Source: Spirochaetia bacterium
GTDB lineage: Bacteria; Spirochaetota; Spirochaetia; DSM-16054; Sediminispirochaetaceae
Direction: 5' to 3'
Assembly (NCBI GenBank): GCA_034520965.1
Contig: JAXHMY010000003.1
Span: forward strand, 288,001 to 352,000
Length of the DNA: 64,000 nt
The translations under genes and the position numbers were made by a program. Below the pieces are notes generated by a model. The model searched no databases. It saw only the letters and a list, made by a program, of their open reading frames with translations, and was not told the origin of the DNA. Shown here piece after piece: positions 31,269 to 43,360 of this stretch; positions within the stretch are counted from its first letter, which is position 1; each line of letters begins with the position of its first letter.

Positions 31269-32121
31269 CAACTGTACGAGAAGCTTTAGTAGACGGTACA
31301 AAACGGCTGGCTAATGTAGAAACTCCCTTTCTGGATGCTGCGCTGCTTCTGTCTCATGCGTTAGGAATAAGCAAAGAAAAACTCCTAGCCTCATATCCGG
31401 ATACCATCCCTCTGTCTGCGATACACGAATTTAATAATCATGTAACCAAGCGTCTCTCCGGCTATCCGATAAGTTATATCCGCCGGAAGAAGGAGTTTTT
31501 TGGACTTCCCTTTTACGTGGACGAAAGGGTCCTGGTTCCACGTCCCGACACTGAGACACTGGTTGAGGAGGTGCTGAAACACATCAACGGAAAGTCCACG
31601 CGGCAGAAGGAGCTTAAGGTCCTCGATCTCGGCACCGGCACCGGCTGTATTGCAATCACCTTGAAACACCTGCAGCCCCGGCTTCAGCTTACCGCGGCGG
31701 ATATTTCTAAATCTGCTTTAGCTGTCTGCACACTCAACAGTCGCCACCTGTTGACTGAGTCGCTTACTCTGATCGAAAGCAATCTCTTTTCGCATATTGC
31801 GGACACCTTTGATATTATTGTGTCTAATCCGCCCTACCTTACCAGCAGTGAAATAGCTCAGATGCAGGAGAGGCACTGGCCTGAACCAATGACGGCCCTG
31901 GAAGGCGGTCAGGATGGACTTGACACGATCCGTATTCCTATAATGATGAAGCCTATGATCATCTAATAGAGGGAGGGGCCTTGTTTCTTGAAGCCGGTAT
32001 TGAACAGATTGGCGCAATCGAGGAGATCCTTCGAAGCCGAGGATATCAGGGAATTAAATCTTACCCCGATTTAAGCGGACGCAACCGCGCCGTAAGCGGA
32101 TATAAACCATATGTTGAGTAG
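31265..32121 (+). CDS. prmC: Release-factor glutamine methyltransferase; frameshifted near 31940
   Basis: [22 protein letters not shown]; alternative frame continues GGALFLEAG...DLSGRNR to TAG 32121. Confidence 0.93.
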
Positions 32122-34201
32122 AATTGAGAAGTTCAAACAGGAACTAACCCGTTACACAGAAAAGGAACGCGAGCGCATACGCGACGCGGCAGAATGGGCG
32201 AAAGAGCTGCACGTTGAGCAGCAGCGTGCCAGTGGTGAGCCCTATTTTATCCATCCCCTGCAGGTAGCTGAAATTCTCGTCGATATGCAGCTGGATTCCG
32301 ATACAATTATCGCCGCGCTGCTGCACGATGTGTTAGAAGATACAGTAATAGAAGAGCCGGAACTGAGAAAGCGATTCGGTCGACAAGTAAGCTCACTGGT
32401 AGACGGTGTGACAAAGATATCGATAGTCAAGGCTAAAAGCAAAAGTGTGCAAGAGTCCGAGACTATTCGAAAAATGCTGTTCGCGATGACTAAGGATATT
32501 CGGGTTATCATCATTAAACTGGCGGACAAATACCACAATATGAGCACCCTCGAACATCTGTCGAAGGACAGAAGAAAGGCTATCGCTACGGAGTGCCTCG
32601 ATATCTATGCTCCCCTTGCAGATCGACTGGGTATTTCGTGGATGAAAACCGGATTAGAAGACCTTGCAATGAAGGAGCTCAATCCGGAAGCCTACAGCTC
32701 TATACGAAAATACCTTACCTCCAAAAAACTGGAACGTTCCAACTACCTGAAAAAGATCGAACGTCAAATATATACATCTGCCAAGAAAGAAGATATTGAT
32801 ATTACCGTATCTACCCGAACGAAGCACTACTATTCCATCCATCAAAAAATGAAGCGCCGCGGGAAAGATATTGATGAGATATACGACTTGCTCGGCATCA
32901 GGGTACTATGCCAGACAAGCAATGAATGCTACACCCTCTTGGGGATAATTCACAAATTGTGGCCGCCGATTGAAGGACGTTTTAAAGATTATATTGCCAT
33001 GCCCAAGGCAAACCACTATCAAAGTTTACATACCACGGTAATGAGCAACGATGGACGGCTGCTGGAGATTCAAGTGCGAACCTATGAAATGCATCAGACC
33101 GCTGAGTATGGTGTCGCAGCTCACTGGGCTTACAAACGGGCTTTTTCCGGAGCCCGGCTGAAGCCGGAAGAACTACCCATCATAAATAAACTGAAGAATT
33201 GGAACCGCCTTTCTTCCTCAGAGGATTTCTTTCATAATATAAAATCTGAATTACTGCGGGACTCAATTTACGTATTTACACCACGCGGGCATATAGTTGA
33301 ACTGCCGAAAAATTCGTCGGCTATTGATTTTGCCTACCACATCCATACAGAAGTCGGGAACCGGACAGTCGGAGCCAAGGCGGACGGATCGATTATCCCC
33401 CTTAACCAGCCCCTGAAAAACACTCAGGTTATAGAGATCATGACTTCGAACAAGGCCAGACCGCATGTAAATTGGCTAAAGTTCGCTAGAACGGCTAGTG
33501 CCCGTCAAAAAATCAGGCACTGGTTAAATAAAAACGAAGAAAATCTATTTATTGACAAGAGCATCATCGCCAAGAAACGGCCTGCCGAACAAGCCGGGCA
33601 TACTGAGGGGAAAAAAGAAAGCAGTAAACCTCAGGAACAGCAGGAGGCAACTGAGAGCGACACGATCATCAAACAGGTGGTAGACCGCACCAAAGTCGCA
33701 TTCCGTATCGGCAACGAAAAAAATATGATGATCAGTATTGCCAATTGCTGTAACCCCTCAAACGGGGACGATATAATCGGCTATGTGAGCCGGGGGCGGG
33801 GGATTATTGTTCACCGGCGTGATTGCCCGAATCTCAAGCACATACAAGATTTTGAAAACCGCAGCGTTGAGGTTGAGTGGGAAACTTCTTCACCAAAGGA
33901 GGTTCGCCGCTTCAGAGTCACCTCCCGCATGACCTCCGATCTTTTCTCTGAAATTGAAGGAGCGGTGCGCAAGTATCACGGCCATTTAATCGAAGGAAAA
34001 TTGGAAGAGGACGAACGGGGAAATTTAAGCGGCCGATTCTCGATGGAAATAGAAAAACGCGATGACTTTAAAAAGGTGATAAAGGCTATCCGAACAATAC
34101 CTTCTGTAATTAAATATTCAAGCCCATCTGATCGGTATCAACTCAGAGTTTTATGCACATCAAGCCAGAAAGTCTCCTTATCGATAGTTCCTTTTAAGTA
34201 G
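32111..34201 (+). CDS. rel: Bifunctional (p)ppGpp synthetase/hydrolase; true stop probably near 34130
   Basis: RASGEPYFIHP, LLHDVLED hydrolase motif, RFKDYIAMPK (RxKD), TGS DFAYHIHT, CCNP zinc-finger domain. Confidence 0.95.
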   Translation: MLSRIEKFKQELTRYTEKERERIRDAAEWAKELHVEQQRASGEPYFIHPLQVAEILVDMQLDSDTIIAALLHDVLEDTVIEEPELRKRFGRQVSSLVDGVTKISIVKAKSKSVQESETIRKMLFAMTKDIRVIIIKLADKYHNMSTLEHLSKDRRKAIATECLDIYAPLADRLGISWMKTGLEDLAMKELNPEAYSSIRKYLTSKKLERSNYLKKIERQIYTSAKKEDIDITVSTRTKHYYSIHQKMKRRGKDIDEIYDLLGIRVLCQTSNECYTLLGIIHKLWPPIEGRFKDYIAMPKANHYQSLHTTVMSNDGRLLEIQVRTYEMHQTAEYGVAAHWAYKRAFSGARLKPEELPIINKLKNWNRLSSSEDFFHNIKSELLRDSIYVFTPRGHIVELPKNSSAIDFAYHIHTEVGNRTVGAKADGSIIPLNQPLKNTQVIEIMTSNKARPHVNWLKFARTASARQKIRHWLNKNEENLFIDKSIIAKKRPAEQAGHTEGKKESSKPQEQQEATESDTIIKQVVDRTKVAFRIGNEKNMMISIANCCNPSNGDDIIGYVSRGRGIIVHRRDCPNLKHIQDFENRSVEVEWETSSPKEVRRFRVTSRMTSDLFSEIEGAVRKYHGHLIEGKLEEDERGNLSGRFSMEIEKRDDFKKVIKAIRTIPSVIKYSSPSDRYQLRVLCTSSQKVSLSIVPFK

Positions 34202-34721
34202 AGAGAAAGTGCTTCTCTAATATCCGGGGGAAACCACTTCCAGTATTTTTCCTGCCACTCCCCCATCTCCTGCCGCAGTTGAGACTGCTGACGCACCGAG
34301 AGACGTCCCTCTGAATATTCAATAAACTGCTCTATCATGGCAATCATCATATCAAAGGGAATATTACTCTCTTTTTCTGCTGAGCCCGGCGGGGAGTGCT
34401 CTCAGGATCGGGGATCCAGGCCTTCAATAATTCGCGCACCTGTTCATCCGACAGTTCGGGTGCTTCCTTGCGAATTATATCCACCGCAAAATTTTTGATC
34501 ATATTGCGAACGGTACTTTTGGAATAACTTACCTGTTCAGATACACTGTGGGCAGACTCCTCGGCAATCTTCTTTGGAGCAAACTGAAAAGCGGAGCTGC
34601 CGCCCCCCTCTTCATCCTCACCAGCCCGGCGCTGCAGTGCAGCCCGAATTACCTCGAGGTCATCCTCGGTTGCCTGATTGAGAATAGCATCAACTACTTT
34701 GTACAGCTGGTCTCGATCCAT
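34138..34721 (-). CDS. Hypothetical protein downstream of ychF (two frames, probably one gene)
   Basis: ORFs 34347-34721 and 34138-34350 abut at an A-run; protein-like helical composition. Confidence 0.55.
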
Positions 34722-34735
34722 ATTAATTCACAACC

Positions 34736-35845
34736 CTAGACGTTAAACTTAAAATGTACTACATCTCCGTCCTGTACTTTGTACTCTTTTCCTTCTATCC
34801 GTAATTTGCCGGCTACCCGCAATTTTTGCTCACTGCCGTATTCAAACAGATCGCTGCAATGGTACACTTCGGCTTTAATAAACCCTCGCTCAAAATCCGT
34901 ATGTATAACTCCAGCAGCCTGAGGGGCGGTATCACCGGCATGAAAGGTCCACGCTCGGTCCTCATCGGGTCCGGCGGTAAAGAAAGTCCTTAGCCCAAGC
35001 AGGGAATAGCCGGCGTGAATGAGACGGTTCATACCCGATTCTTTTAAACCGGCGGACTCCAAAAATTCAGCCTTCTCTTCAGCCGACTCCAAGTCGGCGA
35101 TTTCCGACTCAAGTTTGCCGCAAATAGCGAGCACCTCGGCCTCCTCCTGCGCGGCTATCTCGGTTACCTTCGACACATGATTATTTCCGGACACAATTCC
35201 ATCTTCATCAACATTGCATACGTATATTTGAGGTTTGAGGGTAATAAGATGCAGGTCATGCAACAGGTGCAACTGATCATCGGTCAGCTCAACCGAGCGG
35301 GCCGGCTGCCCCTCCTGCAAGGCTTCATACAATTTCCGCAAAAGCGGCTCCTGGGCTGCTGCCTGTTTCGCCGCTTCTGTTTTGCCGGTTCGCAGCACTT
35401 TCTGGTTTTTCTCAATCCGTTTATCAACAGTCTCAAGATCAGCTAAGGCCAATTCAGTATTGATGGTATCAATATCCCGCTGAGGATCGATGTTTCCGCT
35501 TACATGGACCACATCAGGGTCCTCGAAACAGCGAACAATATGCACTATTACGCCAACCTCGCGTATGTGTGACAGGAAGCGGTTGCCAAGGCCCTCACCT
35601 TTGGAGGCCCCTGCCACCAATCCGGCTATATCGACAAACTCCACCACAGCGGGAACCACCTTTGCAGGGGGAATTAGCTCCACTATTTTATCCAGCCGCG
35701 AATCCGGTACGCTCACTATACCCACATTCGGGTCTATAGTGCAAAACGGATAATTGGCGGCTTCCGCCGGAGCTGAAGTGAGCGCTGAAAAAAGGGTCGA
35801 CTTACCGACATTAGGCAATCCTACAATACCGCAATTTAGTCCCAT
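34736..35845 (-). CDS. ychF: Obg-family ATPase YchF
   Basis: [52 protein letters not shown]. Confidence 0.98.
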   Translation of the reverse strand: MGLNCGIVGLPNVGKSTLFSALTSAPAEAANYPFCTIDPNVGIVSVPDSRLDKIVELIPPAKVVPAVVEFVDIAGLVAGASKGEGLGNRFLSHIREVGVIVHIVRCFEDPDVVHVSGNIDPQRDIDTINTELALADLETVDKRIEKNQKVLRTGKTEAAKQAAAQEPLLRKLYEALQEGQPARSVELTDDQLHLLHDLHLITLKPQIYVCNVDEDGIVSGNNHVSKVTEIAAQEEAEVLAICGKLESEIADLESAEEKAEFLESAGLKESGMNRLIHAGYSLLGLRTFFTAGPDEDRAWTFHAGDTAPQAAGVIHTDFERGFIKAEVYHCSDLFEYGSEQKLRVAGKLRIEGKEYKVQDGDVVHFKFNV

Positions 35846-35941
35846 ATATTTGTTCCTATCCTCTGCATTTCACGGGGGAATCTTAAAAAGATAATTATTT
35901 TGTGTCTCTTCACTGAAACGTACCTTAAGCTTGGAAAAATT

Positions 35942-36127
35942 TCAATCCTTCACCGCCGGCGAACGCTGGAAGGCCGGACAATGGTAACCGGTGCTTCGAT
36001 ACACTAATCGGCTTGGAAGCTCACGGCTTCTTATTCCAAACTGGCGACAGCCTCTTGGGAATTTCCGATCCCAAGTTACGTAGAAAAAAAGACACTTCAG
36101 ACAGTTAGGTGCTCGCGTTGTCGACAT
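35942..36127 (-). CDS. Small Cys4 protein (CxxC-x15-C-x22-C)
   Basis: NCLKCLFFYVTWDRKFPRGCRQFG...STGYHCPAF; AAGG RBS; lies between hppA and ychF. Confidence 0.7.
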   Translation of the reverse strand: MSTTRAPNCLKCLFFYVTWDRKFPRGCRQFGIRSRELPSRLVYRSTGYHCPAFQRSPAVKD

Positions 36128-36150
36128 AGCAGTACCTTACTATTATCACT

Positions 36151-38176
36151 TTACACCGCCACCAGTACTATTGCGATTATTGCTAGTAACTTCATCAAAA
36201 TATCCATAACCGGACCGACTGCATCCTTGAGAGGATCACCCACTGTATCGCTTATAACCGAAGCACGATGGGAAGCTGACCCCTTACCGCCGTATGCACC
36301 AGCCTCAATATGTTTTTTTGCGTTATCCCAACCGGCTCCGGCAGTACTCATCCACAGAGCCAGCATAGTTCCGCTTACCAGAACGCCTATTAAAAAACCT
36401 CCCAGCATAGTTTCTCCGCCCACAAGCCATATTAAAATCGGAACCACTACGTGCCAATAGGCTCGGCAGAAGTACCCTTCGGAATGATTCTATCTCAATT
36501 AAACGGTTAAATTTTTCATATATCGGTATTTCCTCCAAATGGGGCTCATCAATGAGACTGTCCATCGGATGGCGTGCTAAAATCTTCCGAACCTCTCCAA
36601 TCAACACCACGGACACCCGGTTTACCGCACTGAGTATGAAGGCGGAAAATGCAAATGGAAAAGCTCCACCCAGGAAAATACCTAGTAAGACCGGCAGCTG
36701 TGTAAGATCAATTAGCTCTATTTCTGCAACTTCCTTGTAGGCAATAAACAGCACCAAGGTGGTGAAGGCAGCGGAAATAATGGAGTAGCCCTTTCCAACT
36801 GCATTAAATAGATTTCCCACCGCATCAAGCTTATCGGTCCGTTCGCGAGTAGCCGGTGTAAGCTGGGCACGAACCGCTAGTCCTCCCGCATTATCGGTAA
36901 TCGGTCCGGATGCATCTACCGCAACCTGAATCCCCGATCCGGCTAACAGGCCTACAGCTGCAATACCCAGGCCGTATATCCCAAAACTCTGGAATGCGGC
37001 AAACGCCGCTGCAGAAAACAGAAGAATTGGCAACCCAACCGCCAGCATACCGACCGCCATGCCTTCTGTGATTGCCGGCGGTGCGCCAAACTCGGTCATT
37101 CCGGCGATTCCTACTACCGGAGAACGGGTACGACTTGTGTAATAATTGGTGATATAACTGATTAATATTCCCGTACTAATTCCAACCGCATAGGCCCCGG
37201 TAATCCGTATGGCAGTATCTGCTGGAAACATATAAAACATAATCATAAAACCAAACCCCAGGGCTAACAGGTCACCCGAGACAATACCGCGAAAAATAGC
37301 TTTATAGGGGTTTCCATAATCGGGCATCCGAACCAGGTAATAGGCAATAATCGAAGCTGCAATACCGGCAGTCATAAGGATTAGAGGAAGATATGTAAGG
37401 GAGGTGCTCTTCATCGAAGCTCCAATGATCATAGCACCTGCAATCGATCCTACATAAGATTCGCCGGCATCCAGGCCGAGCCCGCCGATATCAGCCACAT
37501 TGTCGCCGATGTTGTCTGCTAAAGATGCCGGATTACGGGGATCGTCCTCGTCTAATCCAAACTCGTTCTTACCAACTGTATCGGCGCTCACATCAGCCGC
37601 TTTTGCATATATACCGCCGGCCATGCGGCCCAGCAAAGCCACGATCCCTGCCCCTAAGGCATAGCCGGAGAGTACAGGAAGCACCGTACACTCCAGGCTG
37701 AGAGCACCACAGTCCGCCACCTGGGTAAACAGGAGAAAAAGCAGAGTAAGGCCGGTAAGAACCAAACCGACAACCGACAACCCCATCACGCTGCCCCCTC
37801 GTAAAGCGGTTTGCAGGGCCAAGAAAGTACTCCGGCTGGAGGCCTCTGCAGTCCTGATATTACTTGCAGTCGAAGCCCATACCCCGCAGGCACTTGCGGT
37901 CGTTGTAAGAACCGCTCCGGTTATTAGGGAAACCATTATAAAACGCATAGGACCATCAGTTAAAAAAAATAGGATTACTCCTATAAGTAAAACGAATAAG
38001 GCAAAGAGGATTGACTGCCGCAAAGTAAAGCGTCGCACCCCGCTTTTTATTAAATCTGCCTGCTGTATGAGAACTGAATTCTGTGGAGTTTGCCGGTGCA
38101 GCCACCACATTCGTCCGGCCGCAAACAGTAGAGCCACAACACCACCTATAATCGGCACAATTAAGTATTCACTCAT
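36151..38176 (-). CDS. hppA: Membrane-integral (Na+/H+-translocating) pyrophosphatase, divergent; frameshifted near 36450
   Basis: GGIYAKAADVSAD, EDDPRNPA, DNIGDNVAD, GPITDNAGG, WDNAKK, DTVGDPLKD. Confidence 0.9.
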
Positions 38177-38322
38177 TGTCACAGCTTACAATAAATTCTT
38201 TTTTCCGTGAAGCGAGCCGGCAATATGGCAAACCTCTATTCGACTCATAGCTTTAGCAATTGAGGCTGTTATAGCTTCTGCGTGGATTGACGTAAACCCA
38301 ACTGCGGTTTATCGTAAACTTA

Positions 38323-39606
38323 ATGAACAACACATCTTTACCCGCCCAGCAGGCCTTACTGCTGACCCTGCGCACTCCTGATTTAAGCGAACAGCAGTGC
38401 ATAAACTACTTAGACGAATTAGAGAGTCTCTGTACCACCCTTGGGATAGAGCCGATTGAGCGACTGGTTGTACCGATTAAACACCTTCATCCCCGCTTCC
38501 TGGTGGGCTCAGGAAAGGCCCAGGAACTAGCGGAGATAGCTGATGATATTGGAGCCGATTGTATTATATTCGATGACACTATTTCGCCCTCGCAACAGCG
38601 GAACCTCGAACAGATTTCCGGTCTATGTGTAATCGACCGGCAGGAAGTACATTCCTAGAGATTTTTAGCGAACATGCCCCGGACAAAGGAGGCATTACTC
38701 CAAGTAGGCTTGGCCCGCATGGAGTACAGCCTCCCCCGCTTAACTCGAGCCTGGACGCACCTTTCAAGACAGCGTGGAGGTACCCGTGGTACCCGTGGCG
38801 AAGGTGAAACTCAGCTTGAAGTTGACCGCCGGGTGGTCCTCAATAAAATAACAAAGTTAAAACGGGAGCTTGCAAAGCTTCAGTCGCAACGTACAACCCG
38901 CCGCAAGCAGCGCACCAGCATTCCCGTACCAACCGGCGCGCTGGTGGGCTATACTAATGCCGGTAAATCTTCGCTTCTGAATACCCTTACCGGCTCCTCG
39001 GCGGTTGTGGAGGACCAGCTGTTTGCTACCCTCGACCCCACCACTAAAAAGATGGAACTTCCGGGGGGAACCAAAGTACTGCTCACCGATACCGTCGGGT
39101 TTATACGAAAACTTCCTCATAACCTGATCGACGCTTTTCATTCTACCCTCGAGGAGACAGTTGTAGCGGATATTCTTATTCATATACTCGATGCCTCCAA
39201 CCCCGAAGTACGGCAGCACATTAAAACTACCGAAGAGGTGTTGAGTGAACTGGAAGCTAGTGACACCCCCACACTACTGGTTTTTAATAAAATTGATCTG
39301 TGCAAGGACGAACTGCACCTCGCACAACTGCACAGCGAATATCCACATGCGTTATTTGTCTCGATTAAAGAAAATAGTGGTATAGATACAATTTCCCAGG
39401 AACTCGAAGAGATACTGTTCCACTCAACCCCGCAGGTGCTTTTTAAGTTCCCCTTATCCAAGTACGATTTAGTGGCGGAAATCCATCGCAGCGGAAAAGT
39501 TATTCACGAGGAATATCAGGATGATTCAGTGTTAATTGAGGCCCGGGTTCCGGTCAAGCTAAAGTACAAACTTGCTGAGTACACTCAGCATTTTCAAAAA
39601 GCATAG
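38323..39606 (+). CDS. hflX: GTPase HflX; frameshifted near 38650-38680
   Basis: VGSGKAQE, SPSQQRNLE, GEGETQLEVDRR, GYTNAGKS, LFATLDPT, DTVGFI, NKID. Confidence 0.95.
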
Positions 39607-39639
39607 CTTGGTACGAGCACACCGGCTAAGGAGCATTCC

Positions 39640-40060
39640 TTGTTTTCAGCAGCCCTGCTTGCAGATTTTGTAGTTGCTCTTCATTTAGGTTATTTACTGT
39701 TTACCCTTGGCGGAGAACTTTTGATTCTTCTGGGAGCTCTACTTCATTGGCGATGGATTCGTAGACAGCTGTTCAGATTACTGCACCTAATAGCGGTATT
39801 ATTAGTCGCCGTTGAAGCACTCATTGGCTATTTATGCCCACTTACTCAGCTTGAGCACTTTCTTCGAACTACGGCCGGCCAACAGGTCGAAACTGAAATT
39901 TCCTTTGTAGGCCGGCTGATTCGTTCCGTGCTGTTTTATGATTTTCCTGGTTGGTTTTTCACAGCGCTGTACATCGGTTTTGGACTGTTAGTACTGGTCA
40001 CTTATGTCTTGGTCCCGCCTCAACGAAAGCAGCCCGAAAAACCGCTACAAAAGAGTAACC
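39640..40060 (+). CDS. DUF2784-like membrane protein (3' end uncertain; ORF track runs to 40245)
   Basis: LADFVVALH, RLLHL, CPLTQLEHFLR, SFVGRLI. Confidence 0.75.
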
Positions 40061-40077
40061 GTAAAAGCAGTGATTTT

Positions 40078-40383
40078 TTAGCCCTTTTCTGCCTCGGCAC
40101 CCTCCAGATCGCCGTCAAAACCGGCGAACTCAAACAGCTCGCACTGGATCCAGATAAAATTGTTGTTTTCAGAAGGTACCAAAAAACGCGCAGATTCAAC
40201 CTCCGATCCGTCCTTGGTAAAAACGGTGACGCTTTCCACCCCTAAGACCGGGTACACTTTACCCTTGCGAAATAGTTTCGCTGTGCTTATGTAGTTTGAA
40301 GACATATGGGGGAAAAAATCTTGAAACGCCTTCTCCAGGTCGTTCTTTACTCTCACATAAAAAGGGGCCACTTGTTGGATCAT
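40078..40383 (-). CDS. Hypothetical protein
   Basis: GAGGAGG RBS, ATG, 101-aa beta-rich ORF. Confidence 0.7.
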   Translation of the reverse strand: MIQQVAPFYVRVKNDLEKAFQDFFPHMSSNYISTAKLFRKGKVYPVLGVESVTVFTKDGSEVESARFLVPSENNNFIWIQCELFEFAGFDGDLEGAEAEKG

Positions 40384-40468
40384 ATATTGCAGAACCTCCT
40401 CAGCCTAAATATCAATCCCTACCCATAATATTATGTGGTAAAACGCTTTCTTGCAAGTCGGATAGAAC

Positions 40469-40611
40469 CAGGAATTCTAATTTTGGAAGTCTTTTGACTT
40501 CCAAAATTAAAATAACCTCAAACACTTTAAGCTAAGTTACTTGTATCTTAAACAAATGTGAGCATTGCAAAATGTTGAAATTTTTTAAATTTTTCAAATT
40601 TCGAGTATTGT
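40469..40611. mobile_element. Putative MITE, copy 3 (143 bp, degenerate)
   Basis: Starts CAGGAATTCTAATTTTGGAAGTCTTTTGACTTCCAAAATT (hairpin A conserved); flanked by GGATAGAAC (40460-40468) and GGATATAAC (40612-40620), 8/9 identical, at the same spacing as copies 1 and 2. Confidence 0.6.
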
Positions 40612-40717
40612 GGATATAACAGAATCAACTAGTTTTATAAGAAACTCCATACGGTACAGGAATTGAATTTTTTCGCGGGTTTATATTATTATTTTACTAA
40701 TCATTATGGAGGTATAT

Positions 40718-42938
40718 ATGAGTGCACCCGATCAACAGCATCACTCTTTTTCGGTGGAAGGGATGACCTGTGCCTCCTGTGCCCGAATAGTAGAACGTAA
40801 TCTCAACAAACTAGACGGAGTTGATTTTGTCTCCGTTAATCTGGCCACCCACAAGGCCTACGTAGTCTCCGAACCAACTGTCGAAACCCAGGATATTAAG
40901 CAAGCAGTTGAAAAAGGCGGATATACCTATAGTAAGGAAGTTGCCGGGGATGATGTCTTAGCCCGTCAGTTTGCCGCCTCTCGCAAGAAGATCAGAACAG
41001 CCCTGTACCTCACTCTTCCACTTATGGCGTTGATGATACTGCATATGAGCGGTATCCATGTTCCCTACTTTTTTGCCATAGAGGCGATAGTTGCCGGAGT
41101 AGTCCTTTTTGTTCCCGGCCGCAGCACTATTAATAGCGCATTTATCGCCCTTCGCCACTGGCATACCAATATGGACACCCTTGTTTCGGTAAGCGCCTTT
41201 GTATCCTGGCTCACGGCTATACTGGGGGCTGCGGGTATCCAGGAAATCTCCTTCGGATCGATTTCGGCCATGATAGTTACTTTTCATTTGGGAGGCCGCT
41301 ACATAGAAGCCCGGCTTAAACACAGAGCCGCTCAGGATGTTCGCTCCCTGCTGGATGTGCAGGCCCGCAATGCCCGCCTGCGTACCGACGCCGGAATCGA
41401 AGAGGTTCCTATTGAAGCAGTTAAACCTGGAGCACACGTACTGGTGCGGACAGGAGAAAAGATTCCCCTGGATGGAAGGATTATCGAAGGCTCGGCACTG
41501 GTAGATGAATCGATGGTTACCGGTGAGCCTGTGCCCTCTCCGCATGAACAGAACTCTCAGGTAATAGGTGGTACAATAGTTCAGCAGGGTTCGATTACCG
41601 TGGAAGTAGAGAAGGTCGGAGAAGACACTTTTCTCTCGCAGATGATTCGTCTGGTGGAAGAGGCGCAGTCCTCGCGAATCCCCCTACAGGCCCTGGCCGA
41701 CCGCATTAGCGTGTACTTTGTTCCGGCCATAATTGTAATCGCCTTGCTGTCCGGAAGCCTCTGGTACCTGCTGTACCCACAACTGCAGCCGCTTCTGCAA
41801 TGGGCATCTCAATACCTGTTCTGGCTCTACCCCGATCCGGGAGCCCCTACGGCCGGACTGTTTGTGTTTGTAACTGTGCTGGTAATTGCCTGTCCCTGCG
41901 CATTGGGCTTGGCAACCCCAATGGCATTAATTGCCGGCAGCGGAAAAGCGGCCACCCACGGTATATTAATAAAAAATGGTGAGGCCCTGCAGAATACCAA
42001 AACTCTGCGTTATCTGCTGATGGACAAAACCGGTACCATTACCCGTGGTCGACCGCAGGTAGTCGAAACCTCCCTTTCGAAGGACCTACTGCTGCGAGTA
42101 GCCGCAATCGAGTCGCATTCTATCCATCCCCTGGCAGCAGCAGTGGCCGAACACGCTTTCGGACATTCTAATCCCGATCAGTCCAATCTCGATCAGTTGC
42201 CGCATATTGAGGGGCTGGAAGAGACCGCCGGCGAGGGAATTCGCGGACGTATAGAGGGAATCGAGTATGGAATAGGAAAACCACGTTCTCCAGAAGCATA
42301 TCAAAAGCTGATGCAGCAGGGTTACACGGTAATCGAAGTAGAGGCTGATGGCGAAATAGCCGGGTGGATCGCTATTACCGACCCGATAAAACCTGAAGCA
42401 GCTGAGGCGGTACAGAGTCTGCACCGGATGGGAATTACCGCGGTGATGCTTACCGGAGGACTCTTATACCACCGCCCTCACGGTAGCGGCCAAGGTCGGA
42501 ATTGATGAGGTGATTGCGGAGGTGAGCCCGGATCGCAAAGCGGAAATGGTACGCCATTATCGCAGCATGGGTGCGCCGGTGGGAATGGTCGGCGACGGGA
42601 TTAACGATGCAGCCGCCCTTAAAACCGCAGATGTAGGCTTTGCCGTCGGAAGCGGAACGGATCTGTCCATTGAAAGCGCAGATATAGTGCTTATGCAGGA
42701 TAATTTGGCAGTTCTCAGCGCTGCAATAGAGATATCCCGAAAAACCGTGGATACCATCAAACAGAATCTCTTTTGGGCTTTCTTCTACAATTTAGTAGCC
42801 CTCCCCCTGGCGGCCCTCGGATTCCTGCATCCGGTAATAGCCGAACTGGCGATGCTTTTCAGTTCGATTAACGTGATTTTAAATTCCCTGAAAATTAGTA
42901 AAGGAGAAATCAATGCATTACAAATTCAACGTACCTGA
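40718..42938 (+). CDS. copA: Cu(I)-translocating P1B ATPase; frameshifted near 42460
   Basis: GMTCASC, TGEP, CPCALGLATP, DKTGT, HP, GDGINDA, WAFFYN, MLFSS. Confidence 0.93.
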
Positions 42939-43116
42939 TGTATCATGTGAGCACTGCAAAAACCGTATCGAGTCTACGCTATTAGCCCAGGGTTCGGTGA
43001 GCACGGCGGAGGTACACATAGAAGAAAAAACCGTCATCGTCGACTCTGAACTCCCTTCGGACAAGTTAATCGCTCTCATCGATGAGGCCGGTTACGATGC
43101 CGAACTGCTAGAGTAA
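42913..43116 (+). CDS. copZ: Copper chaperone (HMA domain)
   Basis: VPDVSCEHC...IDEAGY. Confidence 0.9.
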   Translation: MHYKFNVPDVSCEHCKNRIESTLLAQGSVSTAEVHIEEKTVIVDSELPSDKLIALIDEAGYDAELLE

Positions 43117-43360
43117 AGAGGAAATTCGCTTACCATCCGGTAAACTTCGCCTGCTCGGTTCGTTTTTCGATCTCAGGTCTTAGCTCATCGTCAAAACAGT
43201 ATTTTTTCCATCCTCCCGCAGAAAAATAGTATTACGGGCTATATTATCAGCTCACTCACATCTGTGCCAATGAGATATTAAAATTTAAATGAATTTGCGA
43301 GAGAAGAATTTTAAGCTATAATTAAGGTAAGCAAAGATAAAATTCCGTAGGGGGAATTGT

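Noticed and set aside
14276..40611. Palindromic repeats as a CRISPR array
   Set aside because: Dispersed copies, no regular repeat-spacer period, no cas genes
40649..40663. CsoR-like operator (ATACGGTACAGGAAT) upstream of copA
   Set aside because: Weak, imperfect match and no csoR in the window
43130..43225. Minus-strand peptide GGWKKYCFDDELRPEIEKRTEQAKFTGW* as a gene remnant
   Set aside because: No in-frame start, too short and no recognisable motif
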